A DNA stretch of 64,000 nt. Source: an uncultured delta proteobacterium. Lineage in GTDB: Bacteria; Desulfobacterota; Binatia; UBA9968. Below, one piece after another: positions 49,613 through 58,974 of this stretch. Location of the stretch: the NCBI GenBank assembly GCA_963745835.1, contig CAVUZH010000019.1, positions 96,001 through 160,000 of the forward strand, given 5' to 3'. The first letter of the stretch is position 1. Each line of letters starts with the position of its first letter. Under the pieces are notes generated by a model that made no database searches, was not told the DNA's origin, and saw only the letters and a list, made by a program, of their open reading frames with translations. The translations under genes and the position numbers were made by a program.

Positions 49613-50269
49613 GTGAAAGATCGTGAAATTCACGCCGCCGTGCGCATTCTGCGCCGGGAAGCGCCAAAATGGCAAACGCCGGTGGTCACCCTCATCGCCG
49701 CGGCGTCCGATAGTCCTTTCAAGGTTCTCATTTCCTGCATTCTGAGCTTGCGCACACAGGACAGCACCACCGCGCAGGCTTCACGGCGGCTTTTTGCGTT
49801 GGCAGACTCGCCTGAGACCATGGTGCGATTGAGCGCCAAGAAGATCGAGCAGGTGATCTTCCCTGTAGGATTTTACCGCACCAAAGCAAAAACTATCTTG
49901 GAGATCTGCAGGAACTTGAATGAAAACTATCGCGGAAGAGTTCCCGATGAGATCGACGAACTGATCAAATTTAAAGGCGTTGGCCGCAAGACCGCCAACC
50001 TGGTAGTCACCCTGGGTTACAACAAACCCGGCATCTGTGTCGATACCCACGTGCATCGAATTTCAAATCGCTGGGGCTACGTGAAGACGGCAACGCCGGA
50101 AAAGACGGAGGTAGCTCTACGCCAAAAACTGCCCAAGCAGTATTGGATCGAGTACAACGATCTTCTGGTGAGTTTTGGCCAGCAGTTATGCCGGCCGATT
50201 TCACCGCTATGCAGTCAATGTCCGGTGGCGAAGTATTGCAGTCAAATCGGCGTGACTGTGAAACGTTGA
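49613..50269 (+). CDS. nth: Endonuclease III
   Basis: HhH GVGRKTANLV, VDTHVHR, C-x6-C-x2-C-x5-C Fe-S motif. Confidence 0.95.
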   Translation: MKDREIHAAVRILRREAPKWQTPVVTLIAAASDSPFKVLISCILSLRTQDSTTAQASRRLFALADSPETMVRLSAKKIEQVIFPVGFYRTKAKTILEICRNLNENYRGRVPDEIDELIKFKGVGRKTANLVVTLGYNKPGICVDTHVHRISNRWGYVKTATPEKTEVALRQKLPKQYWIEYNDLLVSFGQQLCRPISPLCSQCPVAKYCSQIGVTVKR

Positions 50270-50371
50270 AGACCAGAGCAAAGTTAGAACGATTCTTTGC
50301 ACACCGAAGCTACCGTTTCGTTTGATGATGGGAAGAAACCTTCTTCATACCGGGCGATCCTCAGATTTTCA

Positions 50372-50413
50372 GCGAGCCCGGACTGGTCACCGTATACGTC
50401 TGATCCGGCTCGC
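50372..50413. terminator. Imperfect hairpin between convergent genes
   Basis: GCGAGCCCGGA ... TCCGGCTCGC. Confidence 0.35.
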
Positions 50414-50484
50414 CCATCGACATAGACGCGATATCGAGTAGCACCCGTTCGCAAGAGCTACAGCGATTGCGCGATCCCGATGGT

Positions 50485-50808
50485 TTACGGCTTCATCGAT
50501 TCGGCGAAATACTTCGAAGGCGCCCAGACATTAGCCGTGAAGTTATTACACCCCAAAATCCGGAGCTCGCGCATGATGCGAATGTAATCCTGTGAATCAA
50601 TGTAGTCGCGCCAGCACTCCATATTTTCGAAATCGATCGTGATCGCGACATGCGGGGTTATCTCAAGAGGGTTGCGGTAATTGCGGATTTCGATCACACC
50701 TTGATGTGACAGCGTAGCCGGCAACCAGTCGTTCTTGGCTTTGTTGGCGTATATAGTCAAATTGGCCTTTTGATCCGGAAGATCCCATTGAATCACGAAA
50801 TGAACCAT
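50485..50808 (-). CDS. Small protein, probable dimeric alpha+beta barrel
   Basis: 107 aa, abuts SDR gene; IDFENME.W..Y..S.DY pattern like DUF1330/EthD. Confidence 0.65.
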   Translation of the reverse strand: MVHFVIQWDLPDQKANLTIYANKAKNDWLPATLSHQGVIEIRNYRNPLEITPHVAITIDFENMECWRDYIDSQDYIRIMRELRILGCNNFTANVWAPSKYFAESMKP

Positions 50809-51600
50809 TTATTGAATCCCCCTTACTAGACCTCCATCGATCTGAATGGTGGTGCCGGTAATATAGCTGGCTCGATCCGATCCCAAAAAAACAATCAAAT
50901 CGGCGGTTTCATCAGCCGTTCCATAGCGGCCCAGAGGCACCTCGGCCGCCATTTCTTTATTGATTTCCTCAACCGGCCGTTTAAGACGATCGGCCCGGGC
51001 TTTATTTAGTTTCTGCGCGCGTTCGGTATCGATACGGCCGGGGCAAATATTATTGATCAGAATATTATCCTTGCCCAACTCCCGGGAGAGGGTTTTTGCC
51101 ATGCCGATGACACCGCTGCGGATCGCGTTGGAGAGAACCAAACCGGCGATTGGTTCTTTGACAGAATAGGAAGTGATGTTGATGACGCGGCCCGCTCCGA
51201 CCTTGCGCATATGAGGCACCGCCTCACGAGTCATCCGCATCGTGCTCATAAAACTCAAATTGAAAGCGTTGTTCCAATCTTCGTCGGTAAAATTTAAGAA
51301 GTCGCCGGGAGGAGGACCGCCCGCATTATTCACGATGATATCGATCCGCCCAAAGTGCTCCGCGCTCTTTTTTACAAATCTCTTGATGTCTTCCGCTTTG
51401 CTCATGTCGGCTGTCATCGCTAACACTTCGCCTCCGGTTTCTTTGCGGATCATGTCAGCGGCTTGGTTCAGCGCCGCTTCACCTCTCGCGCAGATACTCA
51501 CCTTCGCTCCCTCACGAGCGAACCCGAAGGCTGTCGCTTTACCCATTCCCTGGCTAGCGCCTGCAACAAGCGCGACTTTCCCCTTCAATCCAAGGTCCAT
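50809..51600 (-). CDS. SDR family oxidoreductase
   Basis: GASQGMG, NNAGGP, atypical S-x3-R in place of YxxxK, ITG..I.IDGG. Confidence 0.92.
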   Translation of the reverse strand: MDLGLKGKVALVAGASQGMGKATAFGFAREGAKVSICARGEAALNQAADMIRKETGGEVLAMTADMSKAEDIKRFVKKSAEHFGRIDIIVNNAGGPPPGDFLNFTDEDWNNAFNLSFMSTMRMTREAVPHMRKVGAGRVINITSYSVKEPIAGLVLSNAIRSGVIGMAKTLSRELGKDNILINNICPGRIDTERAQKLNKARADRLKRPVEEINKEMAAEVPLGRYGTADETADLIVFLGSDRASYITGTTIQIDGGLVRGIQ

Positions 51601-51772
51601 TTTGTTCCCCCTCGTTCGAGTGTGCCCGGATACTACCAGACCGGTTCCTACGGGTCAAAACGGGAACAGGATCGTCAGAAAGCTAGGTGATGATGAGAGA
51701 TGATGAGGAAGATTGGAAGAAAGTCACTGCAAATCGAGAAGACTCAGATCACAAACCTGAGGGGCCCCTGTT

Positions 51773-52018
51773 CTACTTCTGCGCCCAATAGATATTATTG
51801 CGGAACTCAGGGTTGAGCCGCTTGATATACAGGCACAGCATCCCATGGACGCCCAACTGCCGTAACTTGCGCGGATCACCGGCTCGGAGGGCCTCCTTTT
51901 CCTCATCGGTTAGTTCATACTCGCCGATGACTCCTTCGAAATCAGCCAAGGCGCGCTGATAGAACGATTCGTTCATTTTGAGATCAAAAAGCAGACGGCT
52001 CAGATGATAACAGCTCAC
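51773..52018 (-). CDS. LigA-like small subunit of extradiol dioxygenase
   Basis: YELTDEEKEAL..GD...L...GVH pattern; GGAGG RBS; follows ligB-like gene. Confidence 0.82.
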   Translation of the reverse strand: MSCYHLSRLLFDLKMNESFYQRALADFEGVIGEYELTDEEKEALRAGDPRKLRQLGVHGMLCLYIKRLNPEFRNNIYWAQK

Positions 52019-52052
52019 AGCACCTCCAGCGCAGCCGTTTACAAACGAAGGC

Positions 52053-52919
52053 TTAGGAAAGCCGCCAACTCACAAAACCCCAGCCGGTGGCCACAAAGTC
52101 AGGCATGTAAGAAGTGTAAGTGGCTTTCGCATTTCCGACAGCGCCAACGACAACCATCCAGTTGAGAAATTCACTGTCTCCCGCTTTCAACAATTCGTCG
52201 ACCGAGTAGTCGGCCAAGCTCGGTCCCTTGCCCTGGCGCAAGATTTCCAACAGTTTATGATCGAACTGCGTGTCGATCTCACCGATTCTCGGCGAGCCCG
52301 GGAAGTGGGATAGGCCTCCCGTCGCAAGAATCGCGACGCGCTCCGGTGAGTTGCCAGCGACTCCTCGGATCAGCTCACCAACCTGATAGCAACGCTTCGG
52401 CGTCGGCGCCGGAGCAACCCAGGTGTTCACATAGACCGGTAAGATTGGAATCCTTGGTTCAGGCAAAAGGAAATACAAGGGCACGTTTTGCGTATGCTGC
52501 AACTCGACATGTTCGCCGAACGAGAAATCGATCCCCTTCTCCATGCCAGCAGCGACGATGGCTCGTCCAAGCTCTTTGTGATTGCGGTAACGAAACTTAT
52601 GCCGGGTAAAATGGCCGTGGACCTCGTCGGCCAGAGTCACAAAAAAAGTTGGAATGTTGTTCCAAAAAAAGTTTACGAACTGATCATTAGCGACGACGAT
52701 GAGAACATCCGGCCTGGCTTCTTCGAGATCGGTACGTAAAGCAGCGAACGCGGCCTCGGCGTCACGTCTGAGCCTTTTCTGTTGTTCTAGTGTCGGTCTT
52801 GACGCGGACCCTTGTGGCGCCATGCTGTAGTGCAAATCCATGAAGTCTTCCCATTCGGCGCCGGGCTGTAAAAGAATATTTGGCGCATGACTGGCAGCCA
52901 TTGCCGAGACTAGCGGCAT
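52053..52919 (-). CDS. LigB-like extradiol dioxygenase catalytic subunit
   Basis: SHAP, RPDVLIVVANDQ, TGGLSH, FD..L, EF.NW. Confidence 0.88.
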   Translation of the reverse strand: MPLVSAMAASHAPNILLQPGAEWEDFMDLHYSMAPQGSASRPTLEQQKRLRRDAEAAFAALRTDLEEARPDVLIVVANDQFVNFFWNNIPTFFVTLADEVHGHFTRHKFRYRNHKELGRAIVAAGMEKGIDFSFGEHVELQHTQNVPLYFLLPEPRIPILPVYVNTWVAPAPTPKRCYQVGELIRGVAGNSPERVAILATGGLSHFPGSPRIGEIDTQFDHKLLEILRQGKGPSLADYSVDELLKAGDSEFLNWMVVVGAVGNAKATYTSYMPDFVATGWGFVSWRLS

Positions 52920-53255
52920 GATTCGCACTCCTTTGCGTGATCACCGTCTCTTTCTCTGGTCTCGATTGACCTCATAGTATTAAGAAAGCTATAGCAAAAT
53001 CATTAGCAAGTGAAAACTCAAGCGCACTGGAGGCACTATAGCATTCGATAACCCCTTACTGACCAGTAAACAAGGATGAAAACGACAACCACTGAGATGA
53101 TGGGATGAGCTATAACCCAGTTCAACCCGGGTTCAAGTGCATACCGCAACGTATAGTCAAAAAGCTTTTCGAGTCGGTCCATCCGCAGCCCCTTTCTCGT
53201 GCACCACTCTTGACAAATGCCGGAACATTTTAACCAAACGGGGACTGGACCGCCA

Positions 53256-53275
53256 ATGTAAAAAGCTTTTTACAT
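53256..53275. promoter_or_regulatory. Perfect 20-bp palindrome, candidate operator
   Basis: ATGTAAAAAGCTTTTTACAT; related TCAAAAAGCTTTTCGA about 100 bp to the left. Confidence 0.5.
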
Positions 53276-53710
53276 CGGCGCTTGGATCAGAAGCCGTGGA
53301 AATAATCTTGAGCTTGGAACGCAGTCAACATTTTCCACCGTTGGGGACCTCCAAGCACTTTCAACCACTCTTATCAATTTTATGTCAAACCACACCGCCA
53401 AAATGTACCACTCTGAACTATGAAAAGCGTGTGTTGCTTGGCTATGTCCTAAGCTCGTATGGCAGCCAAACCTGGATCAAGGCTGAACGACAACCACAAA
53501 GAACCTGACAATCGTTCCCCGGTACACCAGAGCAGCCGATGACACACGACACCCGTGGAGTGTAAGGAGGAGATGATATGTCATTGAGCCTGGCTATAAG
53601 TTCTCGTGCGAACAGGAGCAGTTCGCCGCTGAGTTCACCCGACCCGCCAACGTTTCGTTCGTGAGGAAAGGCCGCGGATTAAAAGTTGTGAGTGAGTTGA
53701 AGAGCTTAGA

Positions 53711-53785
<75 letters not shown>

Positions 53786-54003
53786 ATACGCGTAAAAACA
53801 TTTACCTAGCGGGTTTGTTGTGGGGATTCAAGAGGTCGTGCGGGAGAGCTGCGATTATCATGCGTCTCGATCCAGCGCTGGGAAGAAGCCGTCGCGGTGA
53901 ACATCAAATATGGGGCTTTGAACATAAAGTTTTGGGGACGCGCGAGAGTTATCGCCGTTTGTGACCCTAGATCCGAAAACTCCGTACACCACCTGTCAAA
54001 ACC

Positions 54004-54017
54004 TTGACGAAGATCAA
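54004..54017. promoter_or_regulatory. FNR/CRP-family box candidate
   Basis: TTGAC-GAAG-ATCAA matches TTGAT-N4-ATCAA at 9 of 10 positions; TATAGT at 54025. Confidence 0.45.
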
Positions 54018-54121
54018 GTGGGCTTATAGTTTGCCTTATGGCGCACTTTTAAGAAACCTCTGAGTAAAGCAACTGGACACGGAATACGCAGTCAGGGACA
54101 TACTAACGGAAAGGAACTGGA

Positions 54122-54393
54122 GTGGCATTATTCTACGAAGACTTGATTGAGCCAACAATTGTCAAGCAGGTGAGCAGACAGATCGCATACTGCCGCTGCA
54201 CCCGGACTAAGAATCTGCCTTTCTGCGATGGCTCTCATGCCGGCACCAACATTAGCCCACGCGTGCTTGAATTTCATGAACCAAAACTATTGCTATTTGC
54301 CGCTGTTGGAGATCAAAAGACCATCCCTATTGCGACGGCACACACGGCCGGCTGATAAAACCTAAAGAGCGTCCGAAGCGGGGCCATGAGTGA
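54122..54393 (+). CDS. Tandem CDGSH iron-sulfur domain protein, frameshifted at the A-run 54283-54286
   Basis: CRCTRTKNLPFCDGSH, then in the -1 frame TIAICRCWRSKDHPYCDGTH to TGA 54393. Confidence 0.88.
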
Positions 54394-54456
54394 GTTCGTT
54401 TGTACGTCGAATGAGCGGGAATGGAGTCGAACAAATTGAACGAATCAGGAGGAATT

Positions 54457-54843
54457 ATGGTGGAGATGAAAAATCCGATTAAAGAAGCCGACGCCCATCC
54501 GGAGATCCGGCATTTGAGTTTGTGGAGAACTGAGCTTGCTTATGCATGGGTGATCAACTGCGAACCGGGAATTCAAGACGACATGCACTATCACGAGAAT
54601 GACGATCATATCTTCATGGTTCTGGAGGGCGAGTGCACAGTACGCACACCACACAAAGAATTCGTGCTCAAGCAACACGACACGGTGATGCTGCAATCCA
54701 AGCAGCCGTATCAACTGTGTAACACCGGCAAGGGAAGATTGCTGTTACTCGGAGCTGGGAACGCCGGAGTGAATGGCGTGCCACGAAGCCGAGTACCAGA
54801 CGTGGCGAGTCATACGCCGGTACAGGAACCGATAGTGGCGTAA
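54457..54843 (+). CDS. Cupin domain protein
   Basis: MHYHENDDHIFMVLEGE, N.G; AGGAGG RBS. Confidence 0.88.
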   Translation: MVEMKNPIKEADAHPEIRHLSLWRTELAYAWVINCEPGIQDDMHYHENDDHIFMVLEGECTVRTPHKEFVLKQHDTVMLQSKQPYQLCNTGKGRLLLLGAGNAGVNGVPRSRVPDVASHTPVQEPIVA

Positions 54844-54848
54844 GCCGG

Positions 54849-55718
54849 ATGGACCAAATTAAAATCGGCATCGGTGTTTCCAGCATAGGACGTTTTTTAC
54901 CGTTGATCGGGCTGGCGGCGGGACTTTTTGAGAGGGAGAACATCGCGGTCGAGGTGGTCAATCGACAGGATGAAGAGAAGATCGTCGACGATATTGTCGC
55001 TGGCGTTACGCCAGTTGGGACGCCCAACGCTCCCTCTTTGATTTTTTCATTACTTGCGGGCAACGATCTGGTGATTGTCGGTGGGGTGCTCAACCGGCCG
55101 GCATTTTTTTTAGCCGGCAATCCTTCGGTTAAAAGCATCGTCGATCTAAAAGGCAAGCGAATCGGTATCAACCAGCCGCGCCGCATGGCGGGTATGGTGA
55201 TGCTTGCATTGCTCAGGCGCTGGGGCTTTGATATTGAAAAGGATCTGACGCTGGTCGACCTCGGTCTCAATGATCGAAGCCTGGAAGCGCTCAGAGATAA
55301 CCAGCTCGACGCTGCGCTACTGCCGCCGGAGAAGGCGTTTTTAGCGGAAGCGGAAGGTTGTAGCATCATCGCCGACAGTTTCGAGCTCGACTTTCATTGG
55401 GTGCCTCTCGCCACGAGCCGGCGATTTTTATCCGATAACAGACAACTAGTTGCTAACATTGCCGGCGTTTACGTCGAGAGCATTCAATTCTTTAAAACCC
55501 AGCCGGAGAAGACACTGAAAGAGATCGGTCGTTGGCTGCCGGCTCTAGCGAATAAGCCGGAAGTGTTAGCCAAGTGTTATCGTCTCTTCACCGACCGGTT
55601 CGAAGATTCTTTGACGCCTTCGGTGACCTCCATCAGCTCCATCCTCAAAGATGCGGCCTTGCAGGACTCGAGGGCGGGCGGCATCAGAGCTGAATCGATG
55701 ATAGAAAAGGTTCTTTAA
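54849..55718 (+). CDS. SsuA/THI5-fold protein lacking a signal peptide
   Basis: GLFERENIAVE, DLKGKRIGI, QLDAALLPP; starts 5 bp after the cupin stop. Confidence 0.85.
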   Translation: MDQIKIGIGVSSIGRFLPLIGLAAGLFERENIAVEVVNRQDEEKIVDDIVAGVTPVGTPNAPSLIFSLLAGNDLVIVGGVLNRPAFFLAGNPSVKSIVDLKGKRIGINQPRRMAGMVMLALLRRWGFDIEKDLTLVDLGLNDRSLEALRDNQLDAALLPPEKAFLAEAEGCSIIADSFELDFHWVPLATSRRFLSDNRQLVANIAGVYVESIQFFKTQPEKTLKEIGRWLPALANKPEVLAKCYRLFTDRFEDSLTPSVTSISSILKDAALQDSRAGGIRAESMIEKVL

Positions 55719-55726
55719 AAAGTCCT

Positions 55727-56932
55727 ATGATAGAAACCATCAGAACCGTCGGTGTTCTCGGGTTGGGAGTGATGGGGTTTGACATCGCGTTTCTCTACGC
55801 ACAGAAAGGTTATCCAACGCTGGTTTACGACACTTCGGAAGCGGCCATGCAAAACCTTGTGCGCCGTCGCGATCAAACCATCGAGCGGTTGAAGAAACGC
55901 AATAGGATTTCCGAGATTGAAATCGAAAGCGTTAAAAAAAGCCTAGTTCCGGCGGCGAGCCTGTCGGACATGGCGAGCGCCGCCTTAGTGACCGAAGCCG
56001 TCTCGGAATCCGGCAAGATCAAAAAATCCGTATACAGGACCTTGCGCGAAACCGGCTTCACCGGAGTTCTCACCACTAATACATCGGCACTGACGCGGAA
56101 AAGCCTGCTTGATAGCGGCGAATACCCACAGGAGAAATTTGCCGCGACGCACTTTTTCAACCCGGTGCTTTACACCCAAATGGTAGAGGTCGTCAGAGAA
56201 GGCATAAACGATTCGAGTTATGCTACTTTGATGTCGTTCCTTATCGATCTCGGCCGCAAGCCGATAGAGACGAAAGACATTTCGGGGTTCGTATCGAACA
56301 GCGTCTTGATGAATTACGGCGTGATGGCGCTTCGCCTGCTCGAGGCGGGTGGGACGATCGAGGCTGTTGACGGGGCAGCCAAAGAACTGCGGTCATTGCC
56401 ACCTTTGTTCAGTTTCGACAGCTGGAAGCCATCCATTGTTGAAGATGTCACGCGCGTTATGTTCGAATTCCGCGGCGATGATTTTTTGCGATCCTCCACG
56501 CTGCTTGCCACATTGGCGAAAAGCAATCCGTGCTTTTACGTCGATCAGAAGCCCAATGCGGAAATCTATAATCTAATAGAAAAACGCGGTGCCGGGCTCG
56601 ATCCGTCGATGCTCAAACTGGCTCTTCTCACTTCGATCCGGATTGGCGCCGCAAGGACGGTGGAGTTGGGTGAATCGCCGGCAACGGTCGATTTCATTTC
56701 CACCGAGGGCTTGAAATTTCCAGGCGCGCCACTGGCCAAGATCGATGAATTCGGTGCGGAGGCGGTGTTGGAGGATCTGGCAAAAGTGAACCAGGCGATT
56801 CCGGGATGCAAGATGAAGGCGCCGGAGCTTTTGCTGGCAATGGCCAAGGAGCGGCATAGTTTCTTTAAGGACGGCAAAGCCAATCCGGCGATTGCTGCGT
56901 TCGTCAGCGGGAGAGATCATGCGCGCCATTGA
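55727..56932 (+). CDS. 3-hydroxyacyl-CoA dehydrogenase family protein
   Basis: GLGVMG, EAVSE, TNTS, HFFNP, VEVV, GFVSN; extended C-terminal region. Confidence 0.9.
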   Translation: MIETIRTVGVLGLGVMGFDIAFLYAQKGYPTLVYDTSEAAMQNLVRRRDQTIERLKKRNRISEIEIESVKKSLVPAASLSDMASAALVTEAVSESGKIKKSVYRTLRETGFTGVLTTNTSALTRKSLLDSGEYPQEKFAATHFFNPVLYTQMVEVVREGINDSSYATLMSFLIDLGRKPIETKDISGFVSNSVLMNYGVMALRLLEAGGTIEAVDGAAKELRSLPPLFSFDSWKPSIVEDVTRVMFEFRGDDFLRSSTLLATLAKSNPCFYVDQKPNAEIYNLIEKRGAGLDPSMLKLALLTSIRIGAARTVELGESPATVDFISTEGLKFPGAPLAKIDEFGAEAVLEDLAKVNQAIPGCKMKAPELLLAMAKERHSFFKDGKANPAIAAFVSGRDHARH

Positions 56933-57761
56933 TGTTCACGTTCACCCGAGCACGCGCGGACTCGACACCCATGCTTGCAACTATTTTCGCCGTGACTTGA
57001 GCGAAGTGCCACGAACGGCGGACGGGTTCGCCGATGTTTATTTGCAGCACGACGTCAAAGCATTGCTGATCGGCTGGCATCCTTCGACGGTAACTGAGGG
57101 CGCGCGCAATTCCAACGAGCATGCCATCGAGCTCGTGTCCAACCATCCCAAGTCATTTTGCGGCGTGCTGGCATCGCTGGATATCCATTCGACCGATTTG
57201 CCGGGAGTCGCCCGCTATGCCGAGGAGCTGGTGCGGAATCCAAAGGTCATCGGCTTTAAATTTCATCCGCCCGACCAGGGGTTCTATCCGAGCGATAAGA
57301 GATTCTACGACATTTGGGAAGTCTTGCAGGCGGGCGGCAAACCGGCGATGTTCCACATAGGTTTCACTGTGCTCGGGGCAAACACGCCGGGTGGCAGCGG
57401 CATCGGTCTCGATTATGGACGTCCGATTCATTTAGACACACTTGCCAAAGATTTCCCGCACATGAAAATTCTCGCCGCACACCCGGGTTGGCCGTGGGTT
57501 GAAGAGACAGTGGGCGTGGTGACACACAAGAAAAACGTCCACGTCGACACTTCTGGATATCTTGCAGAGCAGTTGCCGGAATTGTTTCAGAAGGCGATCG
57601 GCACGCGGCTACAGGACAAGGCGCTTTTCGGCACGGATTTCCCTTACGTCGATCTAGCCAAGGCGCTTGCAAGCTTCGATAGGATGAATTTCAAAGATGC
57701 CGTCAAGGAAAAGCTGCTTCTGGCGAACGCGCGCAATCTGTTTGGGCTGCCAGCTGAGTAG
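56919..57761 (+). CDS. Amidohydrolase_2 protein, CouO/PhdC-like beta-ketoacyl-CoA hydrolase
   Basis: AIDVHVH, GFKFHP..QGFYP.D, PGG.G..L.Y..P.HLD..A.DFP.MKI..AHP.WPW, LFGTDFP. Confidence 0.82.
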   Translation: MRAIDVHVHPSTRGLDTHACNYFRRDLSEVPRTADGFADVYLQHDVKALLIGWHPSTVTEGARNSNEHAIELVSNHPKSFCGVLASLDIHSTDLPGVARYAEELVRNPKVIGFKFHPPDQGFYPSDKRFYDIWEVLQAGGKPAMFHIGFTVLGANTPGGSGIGLDYGRPIHLDTLAKDFPHMKILAAHPGWPWVEETVGVVTHKKNVHVDTSGYLAEQLPELFQKAIGTRLQDKALFGTDFPYVDLAKALASFDRMNFKDAVKEKLLLANARNLFGLPAE

Positions 57762-57840
57762 CCTCCAGGCGCCGAATATCGCCGAGTTACAGCCGCGAGG
57801 GTTTCACATCAGTGATTGCGGAAGAATCGGAGCGGGCTAT

Positions 57841-58836
57841 TTGAAACCTATGATACTGATCTGCCTTTTAATCCTGGGCATGTTCTCGCAGGCAGGTGTC
57901 GCGTTTTCCCAAGACAAAGTCGAGAGAATGCACATTGGTTATAGCGCCCAAGCCGGTGCATTCGCGCCGATCTGGATCACCAAAGAGGCCGGCTTGTTCA
58001 ACAAAAACGGTCTGGATGTCAACCTGCTTTTCATTCCCGGCGGGCCGACAGCGGCGGCGTCGATGCTTGCAGGCGAGGTCCAGGCGGTAGCAATGGCTGG
58101 TCCGGCAGTTGTAAGCAGCAATCTGGGCGGCACCGATCTCGTGATGATCGCCGGCATCGTCAACACATTTGCATTTCAGGTTATCACAGTCAAAGGAATT
58201 ACATCACCGAGCCAGCTCAAGGGCAAGCGTTTGGGTGTCAATCGATTCGGCACGGCGCCGGATATAGCCGCGCGTTTCGCGCTGCGGCGCATGAGTATCG
58301 ATCCGAGCGAAGTGACGATCCTGCAACTTGGCGAACAGTCGACCCGCCTGATGGCGATGAAAGCGGGACAACTTGAAGCCGCCATCGTGCTGCCGCCGAT
58401 CACGACCATCGCGCAACGCGAAGGCATGAACGTGCTTTTGGATATGTCCGAGCTCGGGGCGGAATATCAGATCACCGGTTTAGCCAGCAGCCAGAGCTTC
58501 ATTAGCAAAAATCGACCTTCCGCAATGAAGCTGATGCGCTCGTTTGTCGAAGGAATCCATTTCTACAAGACGCGCAAAAACGAAAGCATGGCGATCATAG
58601 CTAAATACATGCGCACCAACGACATGGAAGCGGTCGGCGCCACTTATGATTACTTTGCCAACAAAATCGTTCCCAAGAAGCCGTATCCGACCGGTCAAGG
58701 AATCAAAGCTTTGCTCGAGCTCGCGGCGAAAGAACGTCCCGATGCTGCGAAGGTACCGCCAGACCGGATTATGAACACTTCGTTGTTGAAGGAATTAGAT
58801 GATAGCGGGTTTATCGATCGGCTTTATCAAAACTAA
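57841..58836 (+). CDS. SsuA/THI5-like substrate-binding protein
   Basis: Signal peptide, GLFNKNGLDV, LKGKRLGVNRFG, LKELDDSGFI; start 57841 or 57850. Confidence 0.92.
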   Translation: MKPMILICLLILGMFSQAGVAFSQDKVERMHIGYSAQAGAFAPIWITKEAGLFNKNGLDVNLLFIPGGPTAAASMLAGEVQAVAMAGPAVVSSNLGGTDLVMIAGIVNTFAFQVITVKGITSPSQLKGKRLGVNRFGTAPDIAARFALRRMSIDPSEVTILQLGEQSTRLMAMKAGQLEAAIVLPPITTIAQREGMNVLLDMSELGAEYQITGLASSQSFISKNRPSAMKLMRSFVEGIHFYKTRKNESMAIIAKYMRTNDMEAVGATYDYFANKIVPKKPYPTGQGIKALLELAAKERPDAAKVPPDRIMNTSLLKELDDSGFIDRLYQN

Positions 58837-58841
58837 GCCTA

Positions 58842-58954
58842 GTTCAAGCTTCAATGGTCAATATTCGTTCGACCTCGCTGTCAAACTGGAAGAATGGGGA
58901 GCAGCGTGCGTTTTGAACTTTGATCGCTTTAACTTCTCGATGGAATGCTGAACG
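58842..58954. repeat. Degenerate GTTCAA/TTGAAC inverted array
   Basis: GTTCAAGC TTCAATG GTCAA ... TTTGAAC TTTGATC TTTAAC ... CTGAAC. Confidence 0.55.
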
Positions 58955-58974
58955 GATCGTGAGGAGAAAAGAAT

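Noticed and set aside
53137-53508. 123-aa ORF
   Set aside because: No RBS or recognisable motif; overlaps palindromic regulatory-like DNA
54038-54053. Sigma-54 promoter
   Set aside because: TGGCGC is present but the -12 TTGC element is missing
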